From the NCBI RefSeq assembly GCF_006345805.1, contig NC_042999.1, positions 24,986,001 through 25,050,000 on the forward strand: a DNA stretch of 64,000 nt, given 5' to 3'. The position numbers and the translations under genes are program-made. The notes below the pieces were generated by a model. It saw only the letters and a list, made by a program, of their open reading frames with translations. It searched no databases and was not told the origin of the DNA. Shown here one piece after another: positions 48,095 through 61,813 of the stretch (positions are counted from its first letter, which is position 1; each line of letters opens with the position of its first letter). The DNA is from Octopus sinensis. Its lineage: Eukaryota.

Positions 48095-48326
48095 TTTCTT
48101 TATTGCCCAGAAGGGGCTAAACATAGAGGGGACAAGCAAGGACAGACAAAGAGATTAAGTCGATTACATCGACCCCAGTGCGAAACTGGCACTTTATTTA
48201 TCGACCCCGAAAGAATGAAAGGCAAAGTCGACATCGGCGGAATTTGAACCCAGAACGTAGCGGCAGACGAAATGCGGCTAGGCATTTCGCCCGGCGTGCT
48301 AACGTTTCTGCCAGCTCGCCGCCTTT
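48095..48326 (-). mobile_element. SINE family B
   Basis: Full length; flanked by the direct repeat aaatgtttgtatatat. Confidence 0.9.
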
Positions 48327-48344
48327 AAATGTTTGTATATATCT

Positions 48345-48756
48345 CTTTTACTCTCTTTTACTTGTTTCAGTCATTTGACTGCGGCCATGCTGGAGCACCG
48401 CCTTTAGTCGAGCAACTCGACCCCTGGACTTATTCTTTTGTAAGCCCAGTACTTATTATATCGGTCTCTTTTGCCGAACCGCTAAGTAACGGGGGACATA
48501 AACACACCAGCATTGGTTGTCAAGCAATGCTAGGGGGACAAACACAGACACACAAACACACACACGCATATATATATATATACACATATATACGACGGGC
48601 TTCTTTCAGTTTCCGTCTACCAAATCCACTCACAAGGTTTTGGTCGGCCCGAGGCTATAGTGGAAGACACTTGCCCAAGGTGCCACGCAGTGGGATTGAT
48701 CCCGGAACCATGTGGTTGGTAAACAAGCTACTTACCACACAGCCACTCCTGCACCT
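48345..48756 (-). mobile_element. SINE family A
   Basis: Full length; begins about 55 bp into tyrosinase coding intron 1. Confidence 0.9.
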
Positions 48757-48809
48757 ATATGTGTGTGTGTGTGCAATATAAGTGAGCATATACAAATAAT
48801 AGCACTTAC

Positions 48810-49019
48810 CCGATCGTTCTTCATAATATTGAGGGCTCTGAAGAAATCATGAAGGTTCTTTCTTGGCATTTCTCGAATTTCCCGCCTCATTTTTAATCTG
48901 TTTGGCTGTATTAATAATGTCTGGATCCATTGGTTAGTGGCTTCATCAATGATTTGTGTACCAGCTGGTGGGACTGAGCCTATCACCGCTAGCACCGCAA
49001 GCAGTGCAAAAACATTCAT
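48810..49019 (-). CDS. tyr: Tyrosinase-like (type-3 copper) gene, coding exon 1 with signal peptide
   Basis: ATG at 49019 lies 3 nt inside an exon that starts after a ...ttgcacag acceptor (intron ends 49023). It encodes MNVFALLAVLAVIGSVPPAG...RREIREM...FFRALNIMKNDR (70 codons) and ends at a CGG|GTAAGT donor (phase 0). An upstream 5'UTR exon is implied but was not located. Confidence 0.88.
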
Positions 49020-49210
49020 TACCTGTGCAATAACAAAATAAAATGTATCTGTGTGGCATAGATAGATGACTGGTTGGTTGGTTGTGGCCTTACACTATGG
49101 CATGCATTGTAATACTTGGGGATGGTCATATCTTGTCAATTAAACACACACATACTATATGCTTGGTTTTCACTTCAGTTTTATAGTGCGTGTGGTTAAT
49201 TGGGATAATA

Positions 49211-49610
49211 TTGGGTTGTCCGGAAAGTTCGTGCCGATTTTTAAAGGAAAGAAAAAGGTCAATAAATACTTGCCATTACATTTTTAATCAACCAAATATG
49301 AACCATTTTGTTGCACAATGCATCTTCATCTTTCCTTTAATTTGAAAACACCCTCTTCCCAGAATTGAGGTGGTTTCATGGCAAAGAATTCATCAAGGTA
49401 TCTTTTTACGTCATCCAAGGAATTGAACTTTTTACCATTAAGACTATTCTGCAGAGACCTGAATAAGTGGAAATCCGAAGGAGCAATATCTGGTGAATAT
49501 GGAGGGTGGGGTAACACATCCCAGCGGAGCTGCAGCAATTTTTGTCTGGTTCCCAAAGAAACGCGCGGTCTTGCATTATCATGTTGGAAAACAACACCCT
49601 TCCGGCAGGG
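49211..49610 (-). mobile_element. mariner 3' fragment
   Basis: TA then TIR TTGGGTTGTCCGGAAAGTTCGTGCCG; VFQHDNARP and HPPYSPDIAPSDFHLF (D,D34D C-terminus). Confidence 0.9.
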
Positions 49611-50351
49611 TGGTGGTGGTAGCGATCCCTGCTATACTCTTTCGCCGCAACTTTCTCTCACTCTTTCTTCTGTTGAACTCATGATCTTGCATAAAGCGGG
49701 GTGGCGTCATTTGAAGGCCAAAACAATGCAAAGCGCATTGTGACCAGCGATTTGTAGCAACATCTGATAACCTGGTAGGTCACGTGATATATATATAGTG
49801 TTAGATTGTGATGTACAGAAATTAAATATTGAGAAAAAAAGTCGTCAGAATTGAATTTTGGAAAAAAAAAACACTTTATTTATTTATTTTTATTAACGCT
49901 TTCGTTTCTTTCTCGAACTTGTCAAATAAAATTTTTGTGAATGTACAAGCAACTTGTTCATTTATATAAAACAGATGTTTTTTGGAGGTTTTGTTTAGAA
50001 GAAGAGAACATTGTTTTTGTTTTATTTTTGGGTGAGGCTCCAAGACAATGGAGATTGATAGATAGAAATATAGGTAGGTAGAAAAATAGATAGATAGATA
50101 AACAGATAGACAGATAGATAATCAGACAGATAGACAGATAGGTAGAGGGAGAGAGAGTATTCTCTTCCTATTCACCATTCATTTATTTATTCATGGATCT
50201 ATATTTCATCAAAAAATTCTCTCCAGAATTGAATGTTTGCAAGAAAAGCGGAGACAGTACATTTTGTGTTATGCTAATGTTCTCTAATACAAAATCATGA
50301 AATTGAAAGAGGCGTGATCGAAGTTACACAATATAAATATGGACATATTTC

Positions 50352-50530
<179 letters not shown>

Positions 50531-50651
50531 CACGCACGCCCCTAAATGTTTGAAGGTAGAATGGAGAATTTGCATTTTTTATTCCAAATGTGGCTAATCT
50601 CTACAAATGTTCAGATATATATGTGTAGCATTTGGATGTTCTAGCTTTACG

Positions 50652-50723
<72 letters not shown>

Positions 50724-51102
50724 TATAATATATATATATATTTCATTTTATTTTATTTTATTTATTTTTTAAATGTTAAATTGCAAGTATTATAATAATG
50801 TTTTTTCATGCAGAACTACATTTCATCAAAAAAATTCCCTCCAAAATTGAATGTTTGGAAGAGGATACAGTACATTTTCTATTCTAAATATAACTCAAAG
50901 AGGAGAAAAAGAAAGAAAGAGGGAAAAAAGAAGGAAAAGGGGAAAAGGGAAAGAAAGCAAAATGATTTTCAGTGATGACCAAACCACACGGTTTATTTTT
51001 GAAGAAATCGCCATCCTTAAACTCATTCCAATACAATGGTAAACTACTAAATAAATAAATGAATCGTGAATAGGAAGGGGATACCCCTTCTCTTTCTCTC
51101 CC

Positions 51103-51183
<81 letters not shown>

Positions 51184-51184
<1 letters not shown>

Positions 51185-52072
51185 GACCTATGGACAACTT
51201 CCAGAGATCCCTGGCCTGGCAGTGCTACCGAGAAGCGCTACCCATTCGGGATAAGCTCTACAGATATGGCTCGAGAAACACGGGGCCGACCTGCCCGAGA
51301 TGCGGTCAGAGCGACGAAACCGTTCTGCATGCACTCGTGCAGAGTCCATTCATTTCCGACCTGTGGGCTTATGTCGAACGACTGTTGTCAGGTGGGGGAC
51401 AAGTCGGTTTATCAGCCGAGTCAATTGTCAATATCGTCAGCTCTCCTTCCTTCAAACGGGAAGGAAGAGCTATTTTCATCATACATGTGGCTATGGTGAA
51501 AGAATGTATCTGGTGGACGCGTCTGAAAGGATTAGAGACAGACACTTTCCTCTCTGGTCAATCTCTCATCAACTTCTTCAAGTTTCACTTGAAAAAGAAA
51601 GTGAGAGTAGAGAGGCAAGTCTTATCTAGCGAATGTTTCAGAAAAAAAGATGGGTGAATGTAGCAAGGATGGCACGTATGATTGACGAAGCCACCTTGAG
51701 TATGATCCTATGAACCCGGAAAAATTTAAAACAGAAAGTTACTTACTTGCAAATAAATGTGTTAACATGTGACATTATTGACCGAGGTTATCGAGATCTT
51801 TTCCGTAGGCTTTTCTTTCTACGGTTAATCCTCATCTGTTTCCCCTTTTACACTTTATATCATGACATTTCTGTGATACACGATCCCTATCGATCCATTT
51901 TTTTCTCCCTTTTTTCTTTTCCTTTCTTTCCTCTTTCTCTTTCCTTTTTCTTTCCTTTTTACGATGCCTTTTGATCGAAAACCTACCCCCTATTTTTTTC
52001 TCCCCCAAAAGAAAAGCTCTACCTTGTAATTTGTCTCGTCTGTGTACAGCCCTGTGTGGCTAATAAAAAAAC
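51184..52072 (+). mobile_element. L1/Tx1-type LINE 3' fragment inside a (TCTA)n microsatellite
   Basis: ORF2 C-terminus LAWQCYREALP..CPRCGQSDETVLHALVQ..IWWTR, pyrimidine-rich 3'UTR, AATAAA and short A tail; (CTAT)n on both sides. Confidence 0.85.
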
Positions 52073-52073
52073 A

Positions 52074-52164
<91 letters not shown>

Positions 52165-52193
52165 ATATATATATATATCTATATATATATATA

Positions 52194-52244
<51 letters not shown>

Positions 52245-52428
52245 TTAAAATAATAAGGGTGAAAAATTGAATATTAATTTGATTAATATCAATTTAAAAC
52301 AAGTGGTCTAGCATATTAAAATCTGAAGATTCAGGAAAATTATATTACATACATAGTTTCTTTCTTAGTGGTAAGACCAAAGCGGATCTACTTCTAGCAT
52401 AATGGATGTCCACGTAGTGGTCATCCCT

Positions 52429-52490
<62 letters not shown>

Positions 52491-54302
52491 CGCTTAGGCA
52501 CATGGTGTGTAAATAGACGCGTGTGTGTGCGTGCGTTGTGTGTGTGTTTGTGCGTGTGTGTGTATGTGTGAATGTGTATTAAATTGGTGTATGTGCAAGA
52601 ATGTCACCAAATTACCCGAGATATTCCATCAATGCCATAAAGAAGTAAATACTTTAAAAACGACAATATAACGTGACAAAAGTTGGTTTGTAGAAAGTCA
52701 AGTCTCGGTTAGTTGAATAAATGACCAACATTTGACTTTTAGTAGCATTTTGAATTCACACATGTCACTAATGGCTTTGAAAACATCATGAAGGCCATAT
52801 AATAATTTCTTTCCTTCTCACAAATTTGATGCCTTGTTGTTGTTTAGCCCAAGTCAGCCACGATCAATCAGCTTTATGTGCTCAATGTATTTTAGACAAA
52901 ATCTTCTCCATGATGTTTTTTAAGAGTTTTCGACTTTTCAAGACTATTGTGTGACCTGAGAGAGATTTGGTTGTTATTTCCGATAGCTCTGGCAATTACG
53001 TAAACACACCAGCACGGTTGTCAAGCGATGTTGAGGGGGGGGGGACAAACACAGACACACAAACACATACACATGCATATATACATATATTCGACGGGCT
53101 TCTTTCAATTTCCGTCTACCAAATCCACTCACAAAGCCTTGGTCGGCCCGAGGCTATAGTAGAAGACACTTGCCCAAGGGGCCACGCAGTGGGACTGAAC
53201 CCGGAACCATGTAGTTCGTAAGCAAGCTGCTTACCACACAGCCACTCCTACGTCTTTATGTAAAACCTGGGAAGGACAAGTTACGTAGAACAAGAAGACA
53301 AAATAGTTTCAATTCATTGTTATAGAAGGTTGGCTTTATCTGCATTTCAAATTTCATTGGGAAAGGAATGAATCTTACAATATCCCTTTCGTATTTTCTT
53401 TAAATGTGTTTTTTCTTATCTTCTACTCAGTGAAAATTAAATCGATATCTTTTGCGGAGTAAAAAAATAGGGAGAAAAAGACAAAAATAGCCTTGGAATA
53501 TTTTGTAGCATTTTATTAACGACCTATCTTCGACAGGAGGCGCGTGGCTTAGTGGTTAGGGTGTCAGCATCAAGATCGTAAGATTGTGGTTCCGATTCCT
53601 GGACCGGGCGATGCGTTGTATTTTAGACAAAAACTTCTCCATGATGTTTTTAGGAGTTTTCGACTTTTCAAGACTATTGTATGACCTGAGAGAGATTTGG
53701 CTGTTATTTCTTATAGATCTAGCAATTACTTTGATCCATCTGGCGAAGAGTACTCTTTTTACTCTTTTACCTGTTTCAGTCATTTGACTGTGGCCATGCT
53801 GGAGCAGGGCCTTTAGTCGAGCAAATCGACCCCAGGACTTATTCTTTGTTAGCCTAGTAGTTATTCTATCGAATAGTACAAGTGGTTAGGGTGTCAGCAT
53901 CATAATCGTAAGATTGTGGTTTCGATTCCTGGACCGGGCGATGCGTTGTGTTCTTGAGCAAAACACTTCATTTCACGTTGCTCCAGTCCACTCAGCTGGC
54001 GAAAATGAGTAACGCTGCGATGGACTGGCGTCTCGTCCAGCTGGGGAACACATACAACCAACAAAAACGTTGGCTATGTAGCAAGAGTTAATGAAACGAA
54101 ATCATTTCGCACAGAATCAATCTGTATGGCAAAACCATCCCGTTTTTTTTTGGTTAATCAGCAATCTACAGAGCCATTGTACCTTTGAACAATCAAGTGC
54201 ATCTACACACTTAGAAGCTTAGTACAAATATTTAACTCTAGACAATCAAATACCAAAACAAGATAGTCGCTGAAAGTGGCTGAAAGGGGATATTAAAACT
54301 AT

Positions 54303-54717
54303 TACTCTTTTACTCTTTTACTTGTTTCAGTCATTTGACTGCGGCCATGCTGGAGCACCGTCTTTAGTCGAGCAAATCGACCCCGGGACTTATTCTTTTG
54401 TAAGCCTAGTACTTATTCTATCGGTCTATTTTGCCGAACCGCTAAGTTACGGGGACGTAAACACACAAGCATCGGTTGTCAAGCAATGCTGGGGGGACAA
54501 ACACAGACACACATACATATACACACACATACATACATATATATACACATATACGACAGGCTTCTTTCAATTTCCGTCTACCAAATCCACTCACAAGGCT
54601 TTGTTCAGCCCGAGGCTATAGTAGAAGACACTTGCCCAAGGTGCCACGCAGTGGGACTGAACCCGGAACCATGTGGTTCGTAAGCAAGCTACTTACCACA
54701 CAGCCACTCCTGCGCCT
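54303..54717 (-). mobile_element. SINE family A
   Basis: Full-length match. Confidence 0.9.
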
Positions 54718-55099
54718 TTATGTAAAACCTGGGAAGGACAATCAAGTGCATCTACGCACTTAGCAGCTCAGGACAAATATTTAACTCTAGACAATCAAAT
54801 ACCAAAACAAAATAGTCGCTGAATGGCTGAGAGTGGCTGAAAGGGGATATTGATACTATTGATGATGATGATGATGATGATAATGGTGATGAGCTGAATA
54901 TAATGATAAGAGTCAAATATTTCAGATAGAGGCAGAAATATATATGCCATAGATACATAAAAAAACGAAAGAAACTTGAGTCGGTAACCAATTCTCAGGT
55001 ACATGCGTACCTACAAATATATGTATATACAGTAATTTATAAACCAAACAACGTTAAACAAACAACAGGCACTCACGATTCAAGAGATGCGACTAAAGC

Positions 55100-55103
55100 A
55101 GTA

Positions 55104-55202
<99 letters not shown>

Positions 55203-55209
55203 GCTGCTG

Positions 55210-55249
<40 letters not shown>

Positions 55250-55271
55250 CACCACTACCACCACCACCACC

Positions 55272-55315
<44 letters not shown>

Positions 55316-55399
55316 CACTACAACTACCACCACCACCACCACCACCACTACCACCACTACCACCACTACTACTACACTACTACTACTACTACTACTCAC

Positions 55400-55438
<39 letters not shown>

Positions 55439-55457
55439 AACTACCACCACCACCACT

Positions 55458-55515
<58 letters not shown>

Positions 55516-55544
55516 TTACCACTACTACCACCACCACCACCACT

Positions 55545-55585
<41 letters not shown>

Positions 55586-55630
55586 CACTACTACTACTAC
55601 CACCACCACCACCACACCACCACCACCACT

Positions 55631-55662
<32 letters not shown>

Positions 55663-55749
55663 ACTACTACTACTACTACTACCACCATTACCACTACTAC
55701 CACCACCACCACCACCACCACCACCACTACCACTACTACTACCACCACT

Positions 55750-55796
<47 letters not shown>

Positions 55797-55833
55797 CACC
55801 ACCACCACCACCACCACCACCACCACACCACCA

Positions 55834-55885
<52 letters not shown>
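55100..55885. repeat. Mosaic (ACT)n/(ACC)n/(GCT)n trinucleotide array
   Basis: Direct inspection. Confidence 0.98.
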
Positions 55886-55887
<2 letters not shown>

Positions 55888-56186
55888 GTTGTTGCACAAC
55901 AGGCTATGCAATTTCAGCATATTCAAATATTTACTTTGATACACTGAACATTTTTGTTATTACTTTTGAGGAGGAGATCGGGGGCATATTTTATTTGAAC
56001 ACACACACACATATATATATGTGGGTTGGTGTTGGTATGTGTGTGTGTGTGTGTGTGTGAGCAAATCGACTTCAGAACTTTTTCTTTGTAAGCCTAGTAC
56101 TTATTCTATCGGTCTCTTTTGCCGAACCGCTAAGTTACGGGGGCGTAAACAAACCAGCATCGGTGGTCAAGCGATGTTGGGGGGGA

Positions 56187-56221
<35 letters not shown>

Positions 56222-56225
<4 letters not shown>

Positions 56226-56610
56226 GTGCAGGAGTGGCTGTGTGGTAAGTAGCTTGCTCACCAACCACATGGTTCAGGATTCAGTCCCATTGCGTGGCAC
56301 CTTGGGCAAATGTCTTCTACTATAGCCTCGGGCCGACCAAAGCCTTGTGAGTGGATTTGGTAGACGGAAACTGAAAGAGGCCCGTAGTATATATGTATAT
56401 ATTTATATGTATGTGTGTGTTTGTTCCCACAACATCGCTTGACAACCGATGGTAGTGTGTTTACATCCCCGTAACTTACCGGTTCGGCATAAGAGACCGA
56501 TAGAATGAGTAGTAGGCTTACAAAAAATAAGCCCTGTGGTCGATTTGCTCGACTAAAGGCGGTGCTCCAGCATGGCCGCAGTCAAATGACTGAAACAGAT
56601 AAAAGAGCAA
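56222..56610 (+). mobile_element. SINE family A
   Basis: Full-length match. Confidence 0.9.
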
Positions 56611-56630
56611 AAGTGTATATATATATATAT

Positions 56631-56661
<31 letters not shown>

Positions 56662-56696
56662 ATATAGTCCATTCAGCAGTGAGAGAGATGAGGAGA

Positions 56697-56738
<42 letters not shown>

Positions 56739-59491
56739 GGAAACCAGAAAGGGTGAAAAATAAGGAGAGAGACAGGTAAAGAGGAAGACAGACAGGAAGG
56801 AAGGAAACTTCAAGTGAAGGGTTAAAGAGTTCGCGTCATAATTATATATAAAAACTTACTTGGAGAAATGAAACGAAACGACGCGAGGGTGCTCAGTCAT
56901 ATAATAATTTAATAAATAAAATATATGCATATATGTACGTACCTACATCATATATATATATATATATATAGATATATATATATATATATATATATACATT
57001 ATTGGTGAATTGAAGAAATGGAGCTGAACGCAGATTGAACAGAAATCGTTTTATTTCATTCTACACGTGTTTCAATTATCCGCACCAACGCACGGTTGCA
57101 ACGCCAGATGGTTGTACCTCCAACCGTGCTGTTTACTGCTGTGATTTTGCTACTAAGGTATCGGTTAAACTTTTGATTAATCTACTACTACAAGATTATT
57201 CTCTTTCTATTTCACATAATATATATATATATATATATATGCATGTATATATACATATATACATATAGAGGCTATAGCAGAAGACACTTGCCCAAGGTGC
57301 AGTCGGACTGAACCCGGAACCATGTAACTTACCTATGTATTGCTAAAACCACATGAACATTCTCTGCACATTTCAAAGAATAGTTGACGGTAGCACTTGA
57401 TGATATGTGGAGTGAGGTTTTCTGTATCAGTTGATGGGCGGGGTAATATGTTATACTGGGTGCTGTTTTTAAAAAGTGAAGGGGTGAAGAGAGACGCTCA
57501 GTTAGTGACACACATCTGTCCAGAGACTATCGGGACCCCCTTCGGTCACGACACTGACCATGGGATTGCTCCTAGAAAGTTACCTTCCTAGTCACAAGTC
57601 TGGGTAAGGTGGTTTATTGAAGACCAGCAGTCACCCATGCATACCGGCCTCCCCTCTCCACGCCACCAGTGTTGTCCAAGGGAAAGGCAAAGGGGCCGAT
57701 ACAGCTTGGCACCCGTGATGTCGCAACTAATTTCTACAGCTGAGTTAACTGGAGCAATGTGAAATAAAGTGTCTTGCTCAAGAACACAACACGCAGCCCG
57801 GTCCGGGATTCGAGCTCACACCCTCACGATCGTAAGCTCGACGCTCTAATCACTGAGCCATGCGCCTTCCAGTGACTAGTGTCACAACAAAACAACTTCG
57901 TCACCGATGTTAAAGTCATCGGTCACAGCGTTGACCCCTGCACAGTTAGAACAGGTTGTTATCAACAACTTGACTTTTGATGATATGTAGTAGAGTGATA
58001 TGTCTCTGAGGACAGGTAAGTCTCCATGACCTCACAAGAGGCCCCGGAGTTGTGTCCGCTGATGTTTACCTACATAAAAGTATCATATTCAGGGCAGAAA
58101 ACCCAGCTGCTACACATGTGATGATATGGATAAATTTAAGGGTTTTCTGCTCAGAAGAGTTAGAAAAGTTCAGGAAAATAACAAAACAAAACAAAAAGAA
58201 CAAAAACAACAAAACATAAGATAAAAAGAACAACTCCCGCCAAACAAAAACAAAGCACAAGACAAAAAGAACAAAAGAAAAAGAAAAGAAAAGAAAGCCC
58301 AGTAACCGCAGGCCACAGAAGCTGCTGTTGCTTGTTGTTGTTGTTGTTAAGCAACAAGACTGATAAGGGTCATTAGGTGATGGTCTAGGGCTTAGGGGCG
58401 GGAGACCCCAGACCTTGGGAAAAAAAATTTGGTTGTCTTGTTGTAGTCGAGGGCTCTTCGTTGACACCCGACACCACTGGGAGGTGGCCCTCGAAGTCGC
58501 TGGAAATGGAGATCTCCAGGTCCAAATTCTTGGACGGCTGCTGTTGCTTGTGTACCTCCAGGTACATCTCCAGAAACATCGAAAGAGGCGATTACTAAAG
58601 GCATAGCAACCGACGTGCTAGCAGCAAGAATGATCTTTGACACGATTACAGACAGGGCTGGTGTAGCACACACCTTCCTGAATGCTAACTCCCCAGTTGA
58701 TGCATCTCAGGAATACAAGCATCATGAAATGAGATATTAGCACGAAGGATGACCTTAGCTTTCTCGTCAACTTTGCACAACATGTAAGTATGGAGATGAC
58801 CAGCAACAATATAAGATTATTTCAGAGTTACAGTTCCCTGAGGGAGCAGAGATGGGGGTCAGTCATACTAAGTGGTGCAGGTCATAAAGCTCTATATAGG
58901 TTGGAGTAAAGGTCATTTAAGAGCTTTCACTTCAGAAGATGTGGGAAAGCGTAAGAAACAAGAGGGTGGTAGACATTACCAGAAGCAACAATTACAACCA
59001 CAACAACAATACAAACAGGCCCCGGAGGAGAAGGTTATGGCTGCTGCTATTAATGTTTCTGAAGCACTTTTAGTCGGAGCTGCAAGGATAGCCAAAGAAG
59101 AGGCAAAGGCGAGCGAAATCATATCAGGCAAGGGACGATGTAGGGTACTGATAAACCAAGTGATATTTTCCTTTAGAACAGGGACGTCTAGAGGGCTGCA
59201 AACTCTATCTCTTTCTTGTTGTCACTTCTCCAGGCTCCATCATCTTCTCATCGTCTTGGCGATGAGATGATAGAACTTGGAGAAAGGCGAAAGAAATGGG
59301 AATAAAAGCGAGTAAGCTACTGGAAATATCCTGTTAAGGACGTGTGTAAACCCATCAAACCCATGTTTCACAACTATGAATGAAAAATGGAAAACTGAGG
59401 AGTTGTTATGTTGATGGGAGACGATTATATCGAACACCAAAATAATAAAGACTAGCGGGAGGGGTGAATGGAAGAAGGTATCTTCAAACTG

Positions 59492-59718
59492 GGGCTGGCA
59501 GAAACGTTAGCACGTCGGGCGAAATGCTTAGCGGTATTTCGTCTGCCGTTACGTTGTGAGTTCAAATTCCGCCGAGGTCGACTTTGCCTTTCATTCTTTC
59601 GGGGTCGATAAATTAAGTACCAGTTACGCACTGGGGTCGATGCAATCGACTTAATACCTATGTCTGTCCTTGTTTGTCCCCTCTGTGTTTAGCCCCTTGT
59701 GGGTAATAAAGAAATAGG
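59492..59718 (+). mobile_element. SINE family B
   Basis: Near full length; TSD-like ggtat.ttcaaactgg. Confidence 0.9.
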
Positions 59719-59807
59719 TATATTCAAACTGGAGACCTGGTCGAGTGTTTGCAACAGAATGGACTCTACTAAAGGCATCCAAGACGCAAAGTACTGGACC
59801 AAATACC

Positions 59808-60038
59808 TATTTCTTTATTACCCACAAGGGGCTAAACATAGAGGGGACAAACAAGGACAGACATAGGTATTAAGTCGATTACATCGACCCCAGTGCGTAA
59901 CTGGTACTTAATTTATCGACCCCGAAAGGATGAAAGGCAAAGTCGACCTCGGCGGAATTTGAACTCACAACGTAACGGCAGACGAAATACGGCTACGCAT
60001 TTCGCCCGGCGTGCTAACGTTTCTGCCAGCTCGCCGCC
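59808..60038 (-). mobile_element. SINE family B
   Basis: Full length; TSD tactggaccaaatacc. Confidence 0.9.
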
Positions 60039-61439
60039 CATACCAAATACTGGACCAAATACCGTTAGGTATCTAGTTTGACATTCCTGCCTTGGATTGG
60101 CACATTTTTATCGACCTCGAAAAAAGATGAAAGACACGGTTGACCTCGGCGGATTTGATCTCAGAACGTTGACAATCAAAGAAAATACCACGCAGTATTC
60201 TTTCCGACGGTCAACGACTCCTATCGTTGCTATTGTTATTGTTTCTTTGGTGTTCCGTTCGAGTGTTGCTTCGTTTTGTTTTTTGTAAGACCGACAGTAA
60301 AATGTACACATCTGTAGCGTTATGTGTACATTATTGGAAGTAGACTTGTCTTGTTAGCAAAGAAGGACTTCAAGTATGACACCTGCTTGTTATTGCTCAC
60401 TTAATTATTCTCTCTCTCTTTCCGTCTCAAATTACTCTCCCTCTTTCTCTCCCTACTTTCTTTCACAAACGCATTCAATAACACCGAGTACAAACACACA
60501 AACTAACACTCCCTAGAACATACACAAACGCATAAACACTAATACATACTCAAAAAACACAGACGCGCGCGCACACACACACATGGAGTCACTCGACCTG
60601 TTAGAAATAGCAGCAACAACTTCCACAAATCAATCCCGCTGTCTTAAAAAAAGGAGGGATATATGGGACAATGTTGTTTCGATATAGCTGAATGAGAACT
60701 GACGTGATTAGAGTAAGAAGTGTTTAGGATGAATATAGAATTGAGTCAGGAGAGTCTGACGGTAGTGAAAGTGTCGTTGCTGTATTCTTCTTCTTCTTCT
60801 TCCAACCAGGACTCACGTCATTAGCCACAAAGAATAATCTCTGATTCGAGCCTACTCTAAGCTACTAAGAATGAGTGTGGCAACTTGAAGATCCACCCAC
60901 CACACGCGATAGACTGGCGTTTGCACGGGCGCGAAAGCTACGTTGTTATCTTCATTCCGTAAACGATGGCTTTTAACGGGTGGAGAGCTGAACCATCCTG
61001 GGGTACAGAGCATTCGCAATCTAGACTAGGGCGTGAAAGTTTACCACACCATAGTGGGTTACACCATGGTTCCTCTGCAGAAGTAGGAAGAAAGAGTGCG
61101 AGAAAGTTGTGGTGAAAGAGTACATCGGGGTTCACCCCACCCCACCGGAGCCTCGTGGAATTGTAGGTGTTTTTGTTCAATAAACACTCACAATGCCCGG
61201 TCTGGGAATCGAAACCGCGTTCTTACGACTGCGAGTCCGCTGCCCTAATCACCGGGCCATTGCGTCTCTACCGTTGCTGTTGTTGCTTTGTTCCAGGTCA
61301 TCACTCTTATCAAAAGCGTTCTGGTCGGGACCACTCTATCTTTCTTTTTAGATATAGTGTACCCAGGACCACATTATTCAATGCCTCAAAGGTAGTGGAA
61401 TTCCACAATAACGGTAATTTTTAACAATAATGTATAGAA

Positions 61440-61813
61440 ATTAGAGTTTTATAGTTTTACGAGCAAAACGCCCCCCCCACCGTCCAATGGACGGCGCTGA
61501 GTTGTCAAACATTTAAACCAAATTTTCTCAAAACAACTTGTCCGACCGTCCCCCTTGAGAAACACTGATTTAACCTAAATTTGAGACACCAGCAAAAGAA
61601 GAAATAAAGATAGGCTTTTTTTCTATTCCAAAGAAAAACGATTTTCCACGGCTTTATCAATCGCATTCTCACCTGGAATCGATTTTTGTAATTTTTTCAA
61701 GACTTGTACACGCCCTGATACATATCAAATTTGAGCGCAATCGGATGGAGGATGCCCGAGATCATAGAAGCCACACACAGACAGACAGACAGAACGGATT
61801 TTATATAAGAGAT
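61440..61813 (+). mobile_element. HINE/DINE-1-like element
   Basis: Subterminal hairpin CCGTCCA-A-TGGACGG, (GACA)n near the 3' end, ends TTTTATATAAGAGAT; shares a block with ~24960-25030. Confidence 0.5.

Noticed and set aside
52320-52345. CTGAAGA..GAAA hammerhead-like string (similar weak cases near 3200-3340 and 57060-57110)
   Set aside because: No helix II or no valid core and cleavage triplet.
55073-55615. Poly-Val ORF
   Set aside because: Microsatellite artefact.
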